Assembly (NCBI GenBank): GCA_963840455.1
Contig: CAWIYV010000010.1
Coordinates: 256,001-320,000 of the forward strand
DNA length: 64,000 bases
Reading direction: 5' to 3'
Origin: Nitrospirota bacterium
Lineage (GTDB): Bacteria; Nitrospirota; UBA9217
Within the stretch, counting starts at the first letter, position 1. Each line of letters opens with the position of its first letter. The position numbers and the translations under genes are program-made. The notes below the pieces were generated by a model, which was not told the DNA's origin, searched no databases, and saw only the letters and a list, made by a program, of their open reading frames with translations. Shown one piece after another: positions 40,005-49,939 of this stretch.

Positions 40005-41345
40005 CTATGCCCTGCCCTTCAGGAAGCTGGGGAGCTGGTTCGCTTCGCGCGGACCAACGGTGATCTTCCACCCGGGCAGTTTTTCCTCAAGCGCGCCGGA
40101 GAGGATGGCGACGTATCCAGGGATGATGAGCTCCTTGTGCTTGATGTTCTTCTCCACGCCGCTCTCGGTGATGAACGCCGCGATCTTGCTGGCAGTGAAC
40201 TTGCCGGCCGCCCAGGCCGTGAGCACGGAAAGCCCCTCGTTGTCCATGACCGCGAGCCACGCCGGGACCTTGCTGTTCTCGACCTCGCCCCGTACGATGA
40301 AGTAGGAAAGCGAGAAATTGGTCGTGATCATGAGCGGAGACGCTTCCTTCGCGTCGCCGACCTTATAGATGTTCTGCGCGACCTGCATCGGCACCTGCGG
40401 GTCGGTGTAGATGTTCTGGCGCAGCGACAGGAGCGCGAGCATCTTCCACTTTTCCACGTTGTTCAGAATGACGATGGAGGCGTACTTCATGGTGCCGATG
40501 GCCGCGACCATGGCCTCGGCCAGGCTGTTATCCCGGCCCGCAAAGGCGATGATGGGATAGCCCAGCGGCTTGAAGTTCTTCTTGATGGCAGCGCGACGGA
40601 TGATGGTGTAGTGCTCGATCATGTCCTTGGCCTTGCGTGCACCGGAATCAAGGACCAGATCGTCCACACCCATGGCCTTCACCTTCTCCGAAAGAGCAGT
40701 GAGCGCGTCGAGCCCGTCGGCGGCGATGGCGAGAGAGGCCTTCTTTTCCTTGGCGATCTTGGCCATGGCCTCGGCGTTATCGGCCGTGGCGGCATAGATG
40801 AGCGGCCGCTTGTCTGCGCAGTGCACGATGCCGGCCTCGATCGTCGCGGGGTTCTTGCTCACCAGGATGATCGGCACGCCCGGCGCTCCATCCACGACCT
40901 GCTTCACGACGGACGCGAACTTAGCCGCATCGCCGCCTTCGTCGGTCACGGCAATGGCGTCGACCCGGAGCTTCTGGCCGACCCGGTCGATCTCGGAGGT
41001 CTTGACCGACTCGATCTTTTTGGCCGCAGCGTCGCCCGCCTCAGAGGCCTTGATCGCGACAGCAAACACGTTCGGATTGAAGAACTTCTTATCATGCCGG
41101 AAAAGGCAGATCTCCTCGCCCACCTTCACGGCCTTGTCTCCCTGGCCGAGGGTGATGCCCCGGATCGGCGGAGCCGCGGACTCGCCGAGGATCTTCTTTG
41201 CTTCTTCTGATGCATCGGGGCAGGCATCGAGGCTCGCCTGCTTGGCGGCAAGCTTCATGGCGAAGGCGAGGCAGGTCGGGTGGCCGCACTTCTTGCAGTT
41301 GGTCTTCGGAAGATGCTTGAATATTTCAACACCGGAAAGTGCCAT
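40005..41345 (-). CDS. acsC: corrinoid Fe-S protein large subunit
   Basis: LPKTNCKKCGHPTCLAFA, SVLTAWAAGKF. Confidence 0.96.
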   Translation of the reverse strand: MALSGVEIFKHLPKTNCKKCGHPTCLAFAMKLAAKQASLDACPDASEEAKKILGESAAPPIRGITLGQGDKAVKVGEEICLFRHDKKFFNPNVFAVAIKASEAGDAAAKKIESVKTSEIDRVGQKLRVDAIAVTDEGGDAAKFASVVKQVVDGAPGVPIILVSKNPATIEAGIVHCADKRPLIYAATADNAEAMAKIAKEKKASLAIAADGLDALTALSEKVKAMGVDDLVLDSGARKAKDMIEHYTIIRRAAIKKNFKPLGYPIIAFAGRDNSLAEAMVAAIGTMKYASIVILNNVEKWKMLALLSLRQNIYTDPQVPMQVAQNIYKVGDAKEASPLMITTNFSLSYFIVRGEVENSKVPAWLAVMDNEGLSVLTAWAAGKFTASKIAAFITESGVEKNIKHKELIIPGYVAILSGALEEKLPGWKITVGPREANQLPSFLKGRA

Positions 41346-41466
41346 TTCTGAACTCCTTTCATTGAAACGAGAGGGTAAGAAGTGATGAAGGAAGGAAGGT
41401 AAGCGCCGCGTTTTTGGACGCGTTGTTCTTACCCTCTTGCCCTGTCACCTTCGCAGCTTCGTGATT

Positions 41467-42408
41467 TTATCCCATCAGTTCGGCTATGAACTCCTTGGCC
41501 TTGGCCGCAGCGCCGGGGTGCCGCATGATCAGCATGTCCGCGCCCGCCGTGATCATGGCCGAGGCGGTGACCGCCTCCCAGGCGAGAGCCCGGTCCTCCA
41601 GGCTTCCCCACTCGGGAACTTCAGCATCAGGCGCCATGGTCTCCTTCACCTTCCAGACGTTCGCGCCGATGTCGCACACCACCGGGGTCTGCATCATGGG
41701 GTCGTTCTGGAGCAGCGCCGCCTGGCGGATGCGCTCCATCACGCTGTAGGTGTATTCGAGTCCGTAGCCCAGGGCCGACGACATGGGGTCCATGATGATG
41801 CGCTCTTTGTCGAATCCCATCTGAGTAAGAAGGATGTTGAGCTGCTTGGCCAGGTTCACGTCGAGCTGGCTCATGGCAATGAGCTTGTGGTCGTTCGCCA
41901 TGGCGGCCGCCGCAATGGTCTTGTAGTTCTCTTCCACGGCCTTGCCGATGGTGCAGTTCTTTCCGCGCGTGGCCGCAGCCGCCGCCTGGAGCACCTGGGT
42001 GTCCTTTTCCACGTGGCCGCTGCCGAGGATGATGAGCGGGATGTCGATGGCCGCGGCCACTTCCGCCGCGATCTTGGCCCCTTCATCGGCGCTCTTGTTC
42101 TTCTGATCGGGATGGGTCCCGATCAGCCTGAGCGCGACCACGTCGGCGCCGTTCTGCTGACAGAACTTCGCCCACTGCACCGGGTTCGACGCGGAGCCGG
42201 CAACGGCCTTTTTCACGGTCTCGGGCCAGTCATCGGGAGCGATATCCGTCACCTCGAGCGCGACCGCGGGCTTGTTCGGGAACGTGCCTTCGAATGCCAG
42301 GAAAGGAAGCGCGCTCGCACCGCCGATGGTCACGGCCTTAGCGCCAGACCCGAGCTGTACATTATAGATCTTACCGCTGTATGACTCTTTCGGTATCACC
42401 AGTGCCAT
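41467..42408 (-). CDS. acsD: corrinoid Fe-S protein small subunit
   Basis: DVNLAKQLN, ALGYGLEYTYSVMERIR, MRHP. Confidence 0.95.
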   Translation of the reverse strand: MALVIPKESYSGKIYNVQLGSGAKAVTIGGASALPFLAFEGTFPNKPAVALEVTDIAPDDWPETVKKAVAGSASNPVQWAKFCQQNGADVVALRLIGTHPDQKNKSADEGAKIAAEVAAAIDIPLIILGSGHVEKDTQVLQAAAAATRGKNCTIGKAVEENYKTIAAAAMANDHKLIAMSQLDVNLAKQLNILLTQMGFDKERIIMDPMSSALGYGLEYTYSVMERIRQAALLQNDPMMQTPVVCDIGANVWKVKETMAPDAEVPEWGSLEDRALAWEAVTASAMITAGADMLIMRHPGAAAKAKEFIAELMG

Positions 42409-42566
42409 AGAAGCCTCCTCCAGAAAATTTCGCACATACTATCAGATTTGCCGGTCAAGGACAACAGAAAACATCACAAATTGTAACACTGTCAATGAGT
42501 TGCTAAATCTGCAATATTTCGTTCATATCGCGCGGCTGTCGGCCGGACCGCTTGTCCCCGTTCTTG

Positions 42567-43355
42567 CTACATTTCGAGATAGGAATGGGCGTACATGGTC
42601 TTGCCCATGATCATCTCCACGGTCTTGACCGTGTCCATCATGTCCTTGTCGAGGGGGTCGATGATGGCGTGCGTCAGCCCTTCCATGAGCAGCATGGTCA
42701 TGTAGTTCCGGTTGATGATATGGCGTACGTGCTTCGGCGCGCCGTTGGAGATGTTCGAGAGACCGACCACGGTCTGCATCGGCGGATCATTGAGGTCGCG
42801 GAACATCTTGATCGCCCGCGCCGACTGGATCGCCTGGTTCTGCATCGTCGCGATCTGCAGGATGAGCGGATCGAGCAGGATGTTCTCCATAGGCACGCCG
42901 AACTCCATGCCGCGCGCCATGATCTCGGATGCGATGACGCAGCGGTCCTCGGCGTCGGCCGGCAGGCCGCCCTTGCCGAGGGTGAGCGCGACGACCTTCG
43001 TGCCGTACTTGCCCGCCAGCTCCATCATGGGAAACCGCTCGGGCTCGTTCGACGTGGAGTTGATGATCGGGAGGCCCCAGGCATTGTTGTGCGCCTTGAT
43101 GCCCGCTTCCATGGCCTTCACGTTCGTCGTATCGAGGCAGATGGGCTTCTGCACCACCTCGTGCACGATCTTCACGGCCCAGTCCATGAGCTGCGGTCCG
43201 TCATCCTCGGCGGGGCCGATGGAAACGTCGATATAGTGAGCGCCTGCGTTGGCCTGCGCCACGGCAAGCTCCTGGATCGGCTTGGCGTCGCGTTTCATGA
43301 GCGCCTCGCGCACCTTCTTTGCCATCACACTGATCTTCTCTCCAATGACTATCAT
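42567..43355 (-). CDS. acsE: methyl-THF:corrinoid protein methyltransferase
   Basis: MIVIGEKI, ICLDT, IINS, LDPL, VGLSNISNG. Confidence 0.93.
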   Translation of the reverse strand: MIVIGEKISVMAKKVREALMKRDAKPIQELAVAQANAGAHYIDVSIGPAEDDGPQLMDWAVKIVHEVVQKPICLDTTNVKAMEAGIKAHNNAWGLPIINSTSNEPERFPMMELAGKYGTKVVALTLGKGGLPADAEDRCVIASEIMARGMEFGVPMENILLDPLILQIATMQNQAIQSARAIKMFRDLNDPPMQTVVGLSNISNGAPKHVRHIINRNYMTMLLMEGLTHAIIDPLDKDMMDTVKTVEMIMGKTMYAHSYLEM

Positions 43356-43405
43356 GCTCTGAATATCTCCTTTCGAATCGGCATGTACGGCACACCGTTA
43401 GTCCA

Positions 43406-44287
43406 TTATTTCAGCAGTTCCAGCATTTCCGCGGCGGCCTGCGGGCCGAGGCTGCCCTTGTCCCGCGCCACAGCCACTGTGTGCCGGGCCAGCTCTCGAT
43501 ACAGACCCGCGAGCTCCGGCGTGCGGAGCCGTATGGCCTCGAGATGACCGCGCACGGTCTGGACATCTCCCCGCATGATCGGCCCGGTAAGGGCATCGGG
43601 TATCCCAGCGGCCTCGATGTTCGCCAGCGTCCCCCGGATCAGCGGGAGCACCGCTTTGAGCGCGTCCTTCCGCTCGGCGCCGAGCGCTTCGTAGAACCGG
43701 AGCCCGAGATCCACCAGGGCGACGAAAAAGTTCGATACCGTGACCGCGCCAGCGTGATACAGAGCAGCCGAATCCCTGCCGGCAGTCCATTTCGGCATCA
43801 CCAGCTCGATGCCGCCCATGGCCTTCACCAGCGACCGGGCGACTGCCATGGCCTCGGGGTCCGCTTCGACCCGGAAATAGGAACCAGGGATGTTCGTCAC
43901 CCCCAGCTCCATGCTCGGGACCGACTGGAGCGGGTGGAGGACCGCACAATACGCGCCTGCCGCGCTTGCCGCTAGCAGGAGATCGAGAGTCTGGGCGCCC
44001 GACGCGTGCACGACAAGCATACCGGACCGGAACCCGCCGCCTGCGGCGATAGCCTCACAGGTGCGTTTGATCGCTCCGTCCGGTGTGGTGATGAAGATGA
44101 TGTCCGCTAAGGAAGCTGCCTTGACCGCATCGGTCAGGGGTTCGCCGCTGCCGATGAACGCCCGCGCTCTATCCGCCGTTGCCCGGTTCCGCGCTGCCAC
44201 GGCGGTCACGGTGTATCCGGCCCTGGCAAGCAGCCGTCCGATGGCCCCGCCCACCCGGCCCGCGCCGATGATGGCAACGGTCTTCAT
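43406..44287 (-). CDS. Rossmann/DUF2520 protein (PanG-type ketopantoate reductase candidate)
   Basis: GAGRVG, HASGA, LHPLQS, YHA, LTGPIMRGD; panB nearby. Confidence 0.82.
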   Translation of the reverse strand: MKTVAIIGAGRVGGAIGRLLARAGYTVTAVAARNRATADRARAFIGSGEPLTDAVKAASLADIIFITTPDGAIKRTCEAIAAGGGFRSGMLVVHASGAQTLDLLLAASAAGAYCAVLHPLQSVPSMELGVTNIPGSYFRVEADPEAMAVARSLVKAMGGIELVMPKWTAGRDSAALYHAGAVTVSNFFVALVDLGLRFYEALGAERKDALKAVLPLIRGTLANIEAAGIPDALTGPIMRGDVQTVRGHLEAIRLRTPELAGLYRELARHTVAVARDKGSLGPQAAAEMLELLK

Positions 44288-44393
44288 GATACGCTCTTTC
44301 GTGAGACGTGAAACGGAATACGTGAGAGCATCAACGCCATCGCGAATCGCCTGCTCGTTCCCCGTCGTACGTCTGACGTTTCACGGTGACTTA

Positions 44394-45164
44394 CTACGGG
44401 ATCAACTTGTCCAGGATCGTGAAATAGCTCGTGATCGCCCGGGAGTCCGGCGGCAGCTGGACGAGCGGCCTGCCGTTGAGGTCATACTCAAAGATCAGCT
44501 CGTCGGCGGGGACAAAGCCTGCGAACTCGACGCCCTGCTGTTCGATGGCGTGCAAAAGCGACCTGTCCTCGCTGGTCCCATCCTGCACGCGGTTCACGAT
44601 CAGCGCCACGCGCTTGACGTTCAGGCTAAGCTCCTTTACCAGCTCGCCGATGCGCCCCGCGGTCATGATCCCGCGCACCGATGAATCGCTGATGATGAGC
44701 AGCAGGTCCGTGTCCTGCGTGGTCCGGCGCGAGAGATGCTCCAGGCCCGCCTCGTTGTCCATGACCGTGTACGGATAATTGTCCGCCAGCTTGTCCATGT
44801 ACTTGCGGATGATGTTGTTCGCCGCGCAGTAACAGCCGGCGCCCTCGGGACGCCCCATCACCAGGAGGTCGAAGCCCTTTGCCTCGATGAGCGCCTGCTG
44901 GATCTGGTAGTCGAAGAGCTGCTCCATGCTCATGCCGCCCGGCCGCGGCGCTGTTGACTTCACCGCTTCGAGAGAGGTCTCCCGCAGCGCGCCCACGGTG
45001 GCGTGGACCTTCACGCCGAGCACATCGTTCAGGTTCGCGTTCGCGTCGGCATCGACGGCGAGCACGGCCCCGCGCTTTTTCTCTGTCAAATACCGTATGG
45101 TCAGGCCGCACAAGCTGGTCTTGCCCGTGCCGCCCTTGCCTGCAACTGCGATCGAAAAACCCAT
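44394..45164 (-). CDS. cooC: CooC/AcsF nickel-insertion ATPase
   Basis: AGKGGTGKT, GAGCYC, DNEAGLEHLSR. Confidence 0.92.
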   Translation of the reverse strand: MGFSIAVAGKGGTGKTSLCGLTIRYLTEKKRGAVLAVDADANANLNDVLGVKVHATVGALRETSLEAVKSTAPRPGGMSMEQLFDYQIQQALIEAKGFDLLVMGRPEGAGCYCAANNIIRKYMDKLADNYPYTVMDNEAGLEHLSRRTTQDTDLLLIISDSSVRGIMTAGRIGELVKELSLNVKRVALIVNRVQDGTSEDRSLLHAIEQQGVEFAGFVPADELIFEYDLNGRPLVQLPPDSRAITSYFTILDKLIP

Positions 45165-45183
45165 TACTACCTCAAAACCGTCC

Positions 45184-45272
45184 CACCGCGGAGATCGCAG
45201 AGAGCGCTGAGAATAACAATTAATTAGTTCGAAAAAAACCTTCTCCGCGTACTCTGCGTCCTCTGCGGTAAA
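45184..45272. repeat. REP-like inverted repeat (GCAGAG family)
   Basis: CACCGCGGAGATCGCAGAG...CTCTGCGTCCTCTGCGGTAA. Confidence 0.7.
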
Positions 45273-45277
45273 TGATT

Positions 45278-46006
45278 TTATTTTTTTATCCCGTATTTCT
45301 TCCGCACTTCCTCGATCTTCCCGCAGGTCATCTTGCCCTCCGGGCATGCCGCATAGAGACAGCCGGGGCCGGATTTCCCGAAGATCGTCGGCGCAATGAC
45401 TTTGACCAGGCCAAGCATCCGTTCGGCCATCTCTCGGATCTCCCACTGGGCCCGGTTGCAGCACCGGACCCGGAAGAAGTGCAGCAGTTCCCGGGCGTTC
45501 ATGGTCATGACGATCCGGGTCTCTGCAGCGTTCGGCAGCAGATACCGCGCGTCCTGCTGCCCCGCCTCGCCCTTGAAGCCGAGCTCTTCGAGCCGCTTGA
45601 GGACCTTGGTGTAGTTCGCCTGGGCCTCGGCCATGCACTGCTCGAACTCACGGGCAAGCGCCGGGTCCTGCTTGATGCTCGGCGGGATGATGTAGTCGAA
45701 CTGCTCGGCCCTGACGTACCGCTGGCTCTGCTGCGAATACGACGCCAGCCGGTGCCGTACGAGCTGGTGCGAGCAGGCCCGGGAGATCCCACCGATGCCG
45801 AAGGTGAACGAGATATGCTCGACCGGAGAAAGGTGGCCGATGGCTGCCAGCTTCTCCACGAAGGCCGCCTGGTCCTTTGCCTCGATCTTCTGCTTCAGCT
45901 CCTCCACGCCGGACGGGCTGTAGCAGAGCTTCGCGGCCATGGCGACGACCTCTTCCGGCTCCGGCGTATGCCGGAGGAGCACTACGTTCAATGCCGCTTC
46001 AGGCAC
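45278..46006 (-). CDS. thyX: FAD-dependent thymidylate synthase
   Basis: HQLVRHRLASYSQQSQRY, NARELLHF, AQWEIR. Confidence 0.96.
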   Translation of the reverse strand: MPEAALNVVLLRHTPEPEEVVAMAAKLCYSPSGVEELKQKIEAKDQAAFVEKLAAIGHLSPVEHISFTFGIGGISRACSHQLVRHRLASYSQQSQRYVRAEQFDYIIPPSIKQDPALAREFEQCMAEAQANYTKVLKRLEELGFKGEAGQQDARYLLPNAAETRIVMTMNARELLHFFRVRCCNRAQWEIREMAERMLGLVKVIAPTIFGKSGPGCLYAACPEGKMTCGKIEEVRKKYGIKK

Positions 46007-46240
46007 CGGCGTCCTCCTCAGGGCTCCCCGCCGACGACCCGAAAAGCCTCTTGATGATCCTCTACATTATCGTATGAATGTATAAAGAAAGAACAATTTG
46101 CCAGCAACGGGAAGGCTATTATATAGAGAGCTGTTTTGTTCCGTCAAGCAAATTTAAAAACAGGAAAGACAATAATTTTAATAAAACCATAATAACTGCT
46201 CATAACCGCATGAAATTCCTACGAAATGCAACGTACTCGA

Positions 46241-47041
46241 TTATTTGAAACTCTGCTCGTCGCTCGGAAATGCCCCGCTCTCCACTTCCTTTTTATAATC
46301 TCTGACCGCTTTGAGCGCCTGGTCCTTGAGCGATGCGTACCGTTTCACGAATTTCGGGGTAAAGCGGTCGAACAATCCGAGGAGATCATGGATCACCAGG
46401 ACCTGCCCGTCGCAATGCGGTCCAGCGCCGATGCCGATGGTCGGGATGGACAGGATGCCGCCGATCTCCCTGGCGAGAGATGACGGGACCGCCTCGAGCA
46501 CCACACTGAAAGCACCGGACTCCTGGACAGCGCGGGCGTCGGCCAGGATCTTCTCCCGGGCCGCTTCGTCCCTCCCCTGCACCTTGAACCCGCCGAGAGC
46601 GTGAATATGCTGCGGCGTGAGGCCGACATGCCCCATCACCGGGATGCCGGCAGCAACGATCGCCCGGATGACGGCAGCCACGGCAGTGCCGCCTTCAAGC
46701 TTCACCGCTTCAGCGCCGGCCTCCTTCAGGAACCTGCCTGCGTTCCGCACCGCCTCGTCGATGCCCGCCTGGTAGGACAGGAACGGCATGTCACCGACGA
46801 CCAGCGCGGTCTTCGCGGCACGGGCGACCATCCGCGTGTGATAGATCATCTCGTCCATGGTCACCGGCAGGGTGCTGTCGATACCCTGGACGACCATGCC
46901 GAGTGAATCGCCCACCAGGGCAATGTCGATCCCCGCCTCATCCACGATCTGGGCCGTGGGGAAGTCGTAGGCCGTGAGCACCGTGATCTTCCTGCCCTCG
47001 GCCTTCTTCTTATAGATGTCGGGTATGGTGATCTTCGGCAT
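46241..47041 (-). CDS. panB: 3-methyl-2-oxobutanoate hydroxymethyltransferase
   Basis: [33 protein letters not shown]. Confidence 0.96.
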   Translation of the reverse strand: MPKITIPDIYKKKAEGRKITVLTAYDFPTAQIVDEAGIDIALVGDSLGMVVQGIDSTLPVTMDEMIYHTRMVARAAKTALVVGDMPFLSYQAGIDEAVRNAGRFLKEAGAEAVKLEGGTAVAAVIRAIVAAGIPVMGHVGLTPQHIHALGGFKVQGRDEAAREKILADARAVQESGAFSVVLEAVPSSLAREIGGILSIPTIGIGAGPHCDGQVLVIHDLLGLFDRFTPKFVKRYASLKDQALKAVRDYKKEVESGAFPSDEQSFK

Positions 47042-47058
47042 GGGTGTCTATTCGACCG

Positions 47059-47466
47059 TTATTCCCTTCGCTTCCGCTCGATCGCATCGCGCATGGCATC
47101 GGGAGAATATCCCCGGATGATGATCCCCTCGACATCAACGACGGGCACTCCCCGCGAGCCGCTCTTTGCCATCATCTCTTCACGCCTCGAGGGGTCCTTC
47201 TCGATATCGTGTTCGACCAGCCTGACGCCCATCCCACGCAGGAACTCCCGCGCTTTGTTGCAGTAGGGTCACCAGTTGGTCTGGTACATGATGACGTCGA
47301 TGGCGCCGTACGACCGCTTCGGATCGCCCTCGATCGGCCCCCCGCGGCGCGTCTCCGCCCTGGCAAGGGATGACCAGAAGATCGCGATGCAGATGAGGAC
47401 CAGCGCACAGAGACCAATCGTAGCCTTGGCATCCCGCATTTTGTTGACCCATGACCTATGTCCCAT
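47059..47466 (-). CDS. selenocysteine glutaredoxin-like protein (UPYC) with N-terminal signal/anchor
   Basis: YQTNW-UGA(47269-47271)-PYCNKAREFL...SRGVPVVDVEG; hairpin at 47236-47253. Confidence 0.85.
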
Positions 47467-47478
47467 GACCCGCCCTGT

Positions 47479-48450
47479 TTATACCTGCGGCCGCGGGTAC
47501 AGCCCGGCTGCCTTGACGATGCCCTCGATTGCGCTCTCCCACTCGATGGCCTGGATATGGACGCCCTTGACGCCGGGTATCTCGAGGATCTGGTGGATGA
47601 GCTCCACCGTAATCTTAAGGCCCTCGGCCTCCTGCAGCTCGCGCATCTTCTTCTTGTCCTCGCCTGCCGCCTCCTTCGCCTTGTTCATCCGGTCGATGAG
47701 CGCTTTCGGCACCGTGACCCCGGCGACCGAGGAGTCCATGTACTTCAGCATCATGGCGCTCCGGGGCACGATGATGCCGCCGAGGATAGCGGTCCTTTCA
47801 TGGAGGCCCAGGTTCCTCGCCTTCTCCATCTGGGACTTGAAGATCTCTACATCGTAGATCCCCTGGGTCTGGATGAAGTCAGCACCGGCGTCCACCTTCT
47901 TCTTGAGGTTGTAGGGCCGGAAGTCGATGGGGTCGCCCATGGGCGTCCACGATGCGCCGATGAAGAACTTCGGCGGGACGTCGATCTTGTCGCCGCCCTC
48001 CTGCAGGCTTTCGTCGCGCATCTTCTTCATGATCCCGACGAGCTGGCAGGTGTCCACGTCGTAGACGTTCTTGGCACCCGGGTGGCCCTTGAGCTTGCCG
48101 GCTGCGCTGAACTTCTGGTGGTCGCCGGCAATGCAGAGGCAATTCTTGAGCCCCAGGGCAGCTGCGCCGAGGAGGTCCGCCTGCATGGCGATGCGGTTCC
48201 GGTCCCGGCAGGTCATCTGCATGACCGGCTCAAGTCCCTCGCGCAGGGCGATGAACGCGGCAGCGATGCTCGATATGCGCACCACGGCGGTCTGGCAGTC
48301 TGTGATGTTGGCCGCATCGCAGAAGCCCTTCAGCTTGTGGGCCTTCTCCACGACCTCATGGGGATCGGCGCTCATAGGCGGCCCCAGCTCGGCAGTGACC
48401 GCGGGCTTGCCGCTGGCGATTACTTTTTCCAGATTGCTTCCGCTCTTCAT
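47479..48450 (-). CDS. metF: methylenetetrahydrofolate reductase
   Basis: TAELGPP, NITD, TCRDRNR, GDH, KKVDAGADFIQTQ. Confidence 0.95.
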   Translation of the reverse strand: MKSGSNLEKVIASGKPAVTAELGPPMSADPHEVVEKAHKLKGFCDAANITDCQTAVVRISSIAAAFIALREGLEPVMQMTCRDRNRIAMQADLLGAAALGLKNCLCIAGDHQKFSAAGKLKGHPGAKNVYDVDTCQLVGIMKKMRDESLQEGGDKIDVPPKFFIGASWTPMGDPIDFRPYNLKKKVDAGADFIQTQGIYDVEIFKSQMEKARNLGLHERTAILGGIIVPRSAMMLKYMDSSVAGVTVPKALIDRMNKAKEAAGEDKKKMRELQEAEGLKITVELIHQILEIPGVKGVHIQAIEWESAIEGIVKAAGLYPRPQV

Positions 48451-48560
48451 CGAAACCTCCGATAGATAACGTCAAAAGCTGATGGCGCCACAGAGTCACG
48501 GAGAAATTCTAAACAGGCTTTTTGCTTTCCTCCGCGTTTCTGTGACGACGTAGTGGATAG

Positions 48561-49256
48561 TTACTTTCCTGCCTTTTTCTCTTCTTCCAAATCCATGATG
48601 TGCTCGTACACGAGCCTGCGCGGACCGCCATGGGTGCCTGTTGCCCAATTCCGAGGAGGCTGGATGGAATAGAGCTCCTCGATCCTGCCGAGTGCCTTCA
48701 TGCGCTCGACGATCAGGTACCAGGCGCAATCTATATCCTTGCCCACCTCACACTTGCCCTTGTCCGTGCCGCCGCAGGGGCCGTTCATGAGCGACTTGGA
48801 GCAACGCACCACCGGGCAGATGCCGCCGGTCATGTGCAGGATGCAGTTGCCGCAGCCGCCGCAGAGCTCGACGAAGAAGCCCGCCTTGGGAACGGCGCCG
48901 TAGAAGGTCGTGTTCACGCCGGGATAGACCGGGATGTTGCCGATACGGTCGGATAGGAAATTGACCCCCACACCGCAGGCCGTGGAGAGCACCAGATCGT
49001 AGGTCCTGACCTTCTCCATCAGGGGCTCGAAGAACTCGGGCTCGCAGTGGCGCTCGATGGCAGCATGGTCGACCAGCATGTCAACGCCTTCCTGGGTCGC
49101 CTTCATCCGGATCATGGACGCGAGGATCTCCGCTTCCTTGCCGCCGCCGGCATGGCTGATGGCCACGCAGGTGTTGCAGCCGAAGACCAGGACCTTCTTG
49201 AAGCCCTTGACCATGCCCCAGATCTCATCAAATGGTTTCTGTTGACCGACGATCAT
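48561..49256 (-). CDS. metV: MTHFR Fe-S/Zn subunit
   Basis: CGGCGNC..GGICPVVRCSKSLMNGPCGG..CAW. Confidence 0.92.
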   Translation of the reverse strand: MIVGQQKPFDEIWGMVKGFKKVLVFGCNTCVAISHAGGGKEAEILASMIRMKATQEGVDMLVDHAAIERHCEPEFFEPLMEKVRTYDLVLSTACGVGVNFLSDRIGNIPVYPGVNTTFYGAVPKAGFFVELCGGCGNCILHMTGGICPVVRCSKSLMNGPCGGTDKGKCEVGKDIDCAWYLIVERMKALGRIEELYSIQPPRNWATGTHGGPRRLVYEHIMDLEEEKKAGK

Positions 49257-49260
49257 TGCA

Positions 49261-49773
49261 TTACTCCTTTTCCGTGCCGCATAACTTCTGGTGTTTTGCG
49301 AGCGCGACCGGTGAAGGCCCGAGCTTCCGGACCTTCTCGGTGAACTCGGTGCAGATCTCCGCCCACCGCGGACCCATGGCGGCCGAGAGATTGAACATCT
49401 CAAGGCGCGCGGGATCGATGCCGACCCGGGACAGCAGCTTTTGCGCGTATTCGATCCTTCGTGCAGCGAACTTATTACCTTCCAGGTAATGGCATTGGCC
49501 TTTCAGTCAGCCGGCCACAAAGATGCCGTCCACACCCCGCTCGAAGGCACGGAGGATGTGGATGTGGTCCAGCTTGCCCGTGCAGGGCAGCCGGATGATC
49601 TTCACGTTCGGCGGATAGGAAAGCCGCATCACGCCGGCCAGGTCCGCTGCGGCGAAGGCGCAGTAGTGGCACGCGAAGGCCAGGATGTTCGGCTCCCATC
49701 CGGCAGGCGTCTCGTGCGGTTTCTCGATGGACGGCGGCGCGGCCTTTTCCGGAGCTTCTGCTGCTACAGCCAT
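49261..49773 (-). CDS. mvhD: selenocysteine-containing MvhD/FlpD 2Fe-2S subunit
   Basis: ACHYCAFAAAD, PCTG, VAG-UGA(49507-49509)-LKGQCHYLEGN read-through to TAA 49261; hairpin at 49474-49490. Confidence 0.9.
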
Positions 49774-49810
49774 GGATGCACTCCTCTCAAAAGAATCGAA
49801 GATCAATTTC

Positions 49811-49923
49811 CGCCACGAAGACACTGGGGCACAGAGAACATCAACTTCAGCTACGAAGAACTGCTCAGGACAATTACGATTTAACTCTTTTTGTCTTCCT
49901 CTGTGTCTCTGTGCCTCTGTGGC
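49811..49923. repeat. REP-like inverted repeat
   Basis: GCCAC...GGCACAGAG...CTCTGTGCCTCTGTGGC. Confidence 0.6.
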
Positions 49924-49939
49924 AACTCTTATGGCCTTC

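Noticed and set aside
41360-44392. Short 7-8-mer tandem/inverted repeats at 41360-41460 and 44300-44392 (also 10975-11015, 29507-29533)
   Set aside because: Generic intergenic short repeats; too degenerate to assign a function.
34126-49509. fdh, glutaredoxin and mvhD as nonsense pseudogenes
   Set aside because: Each UGA is at a conserved Cys/Sec position, has a downstream hairpin and an intact continuing frame.
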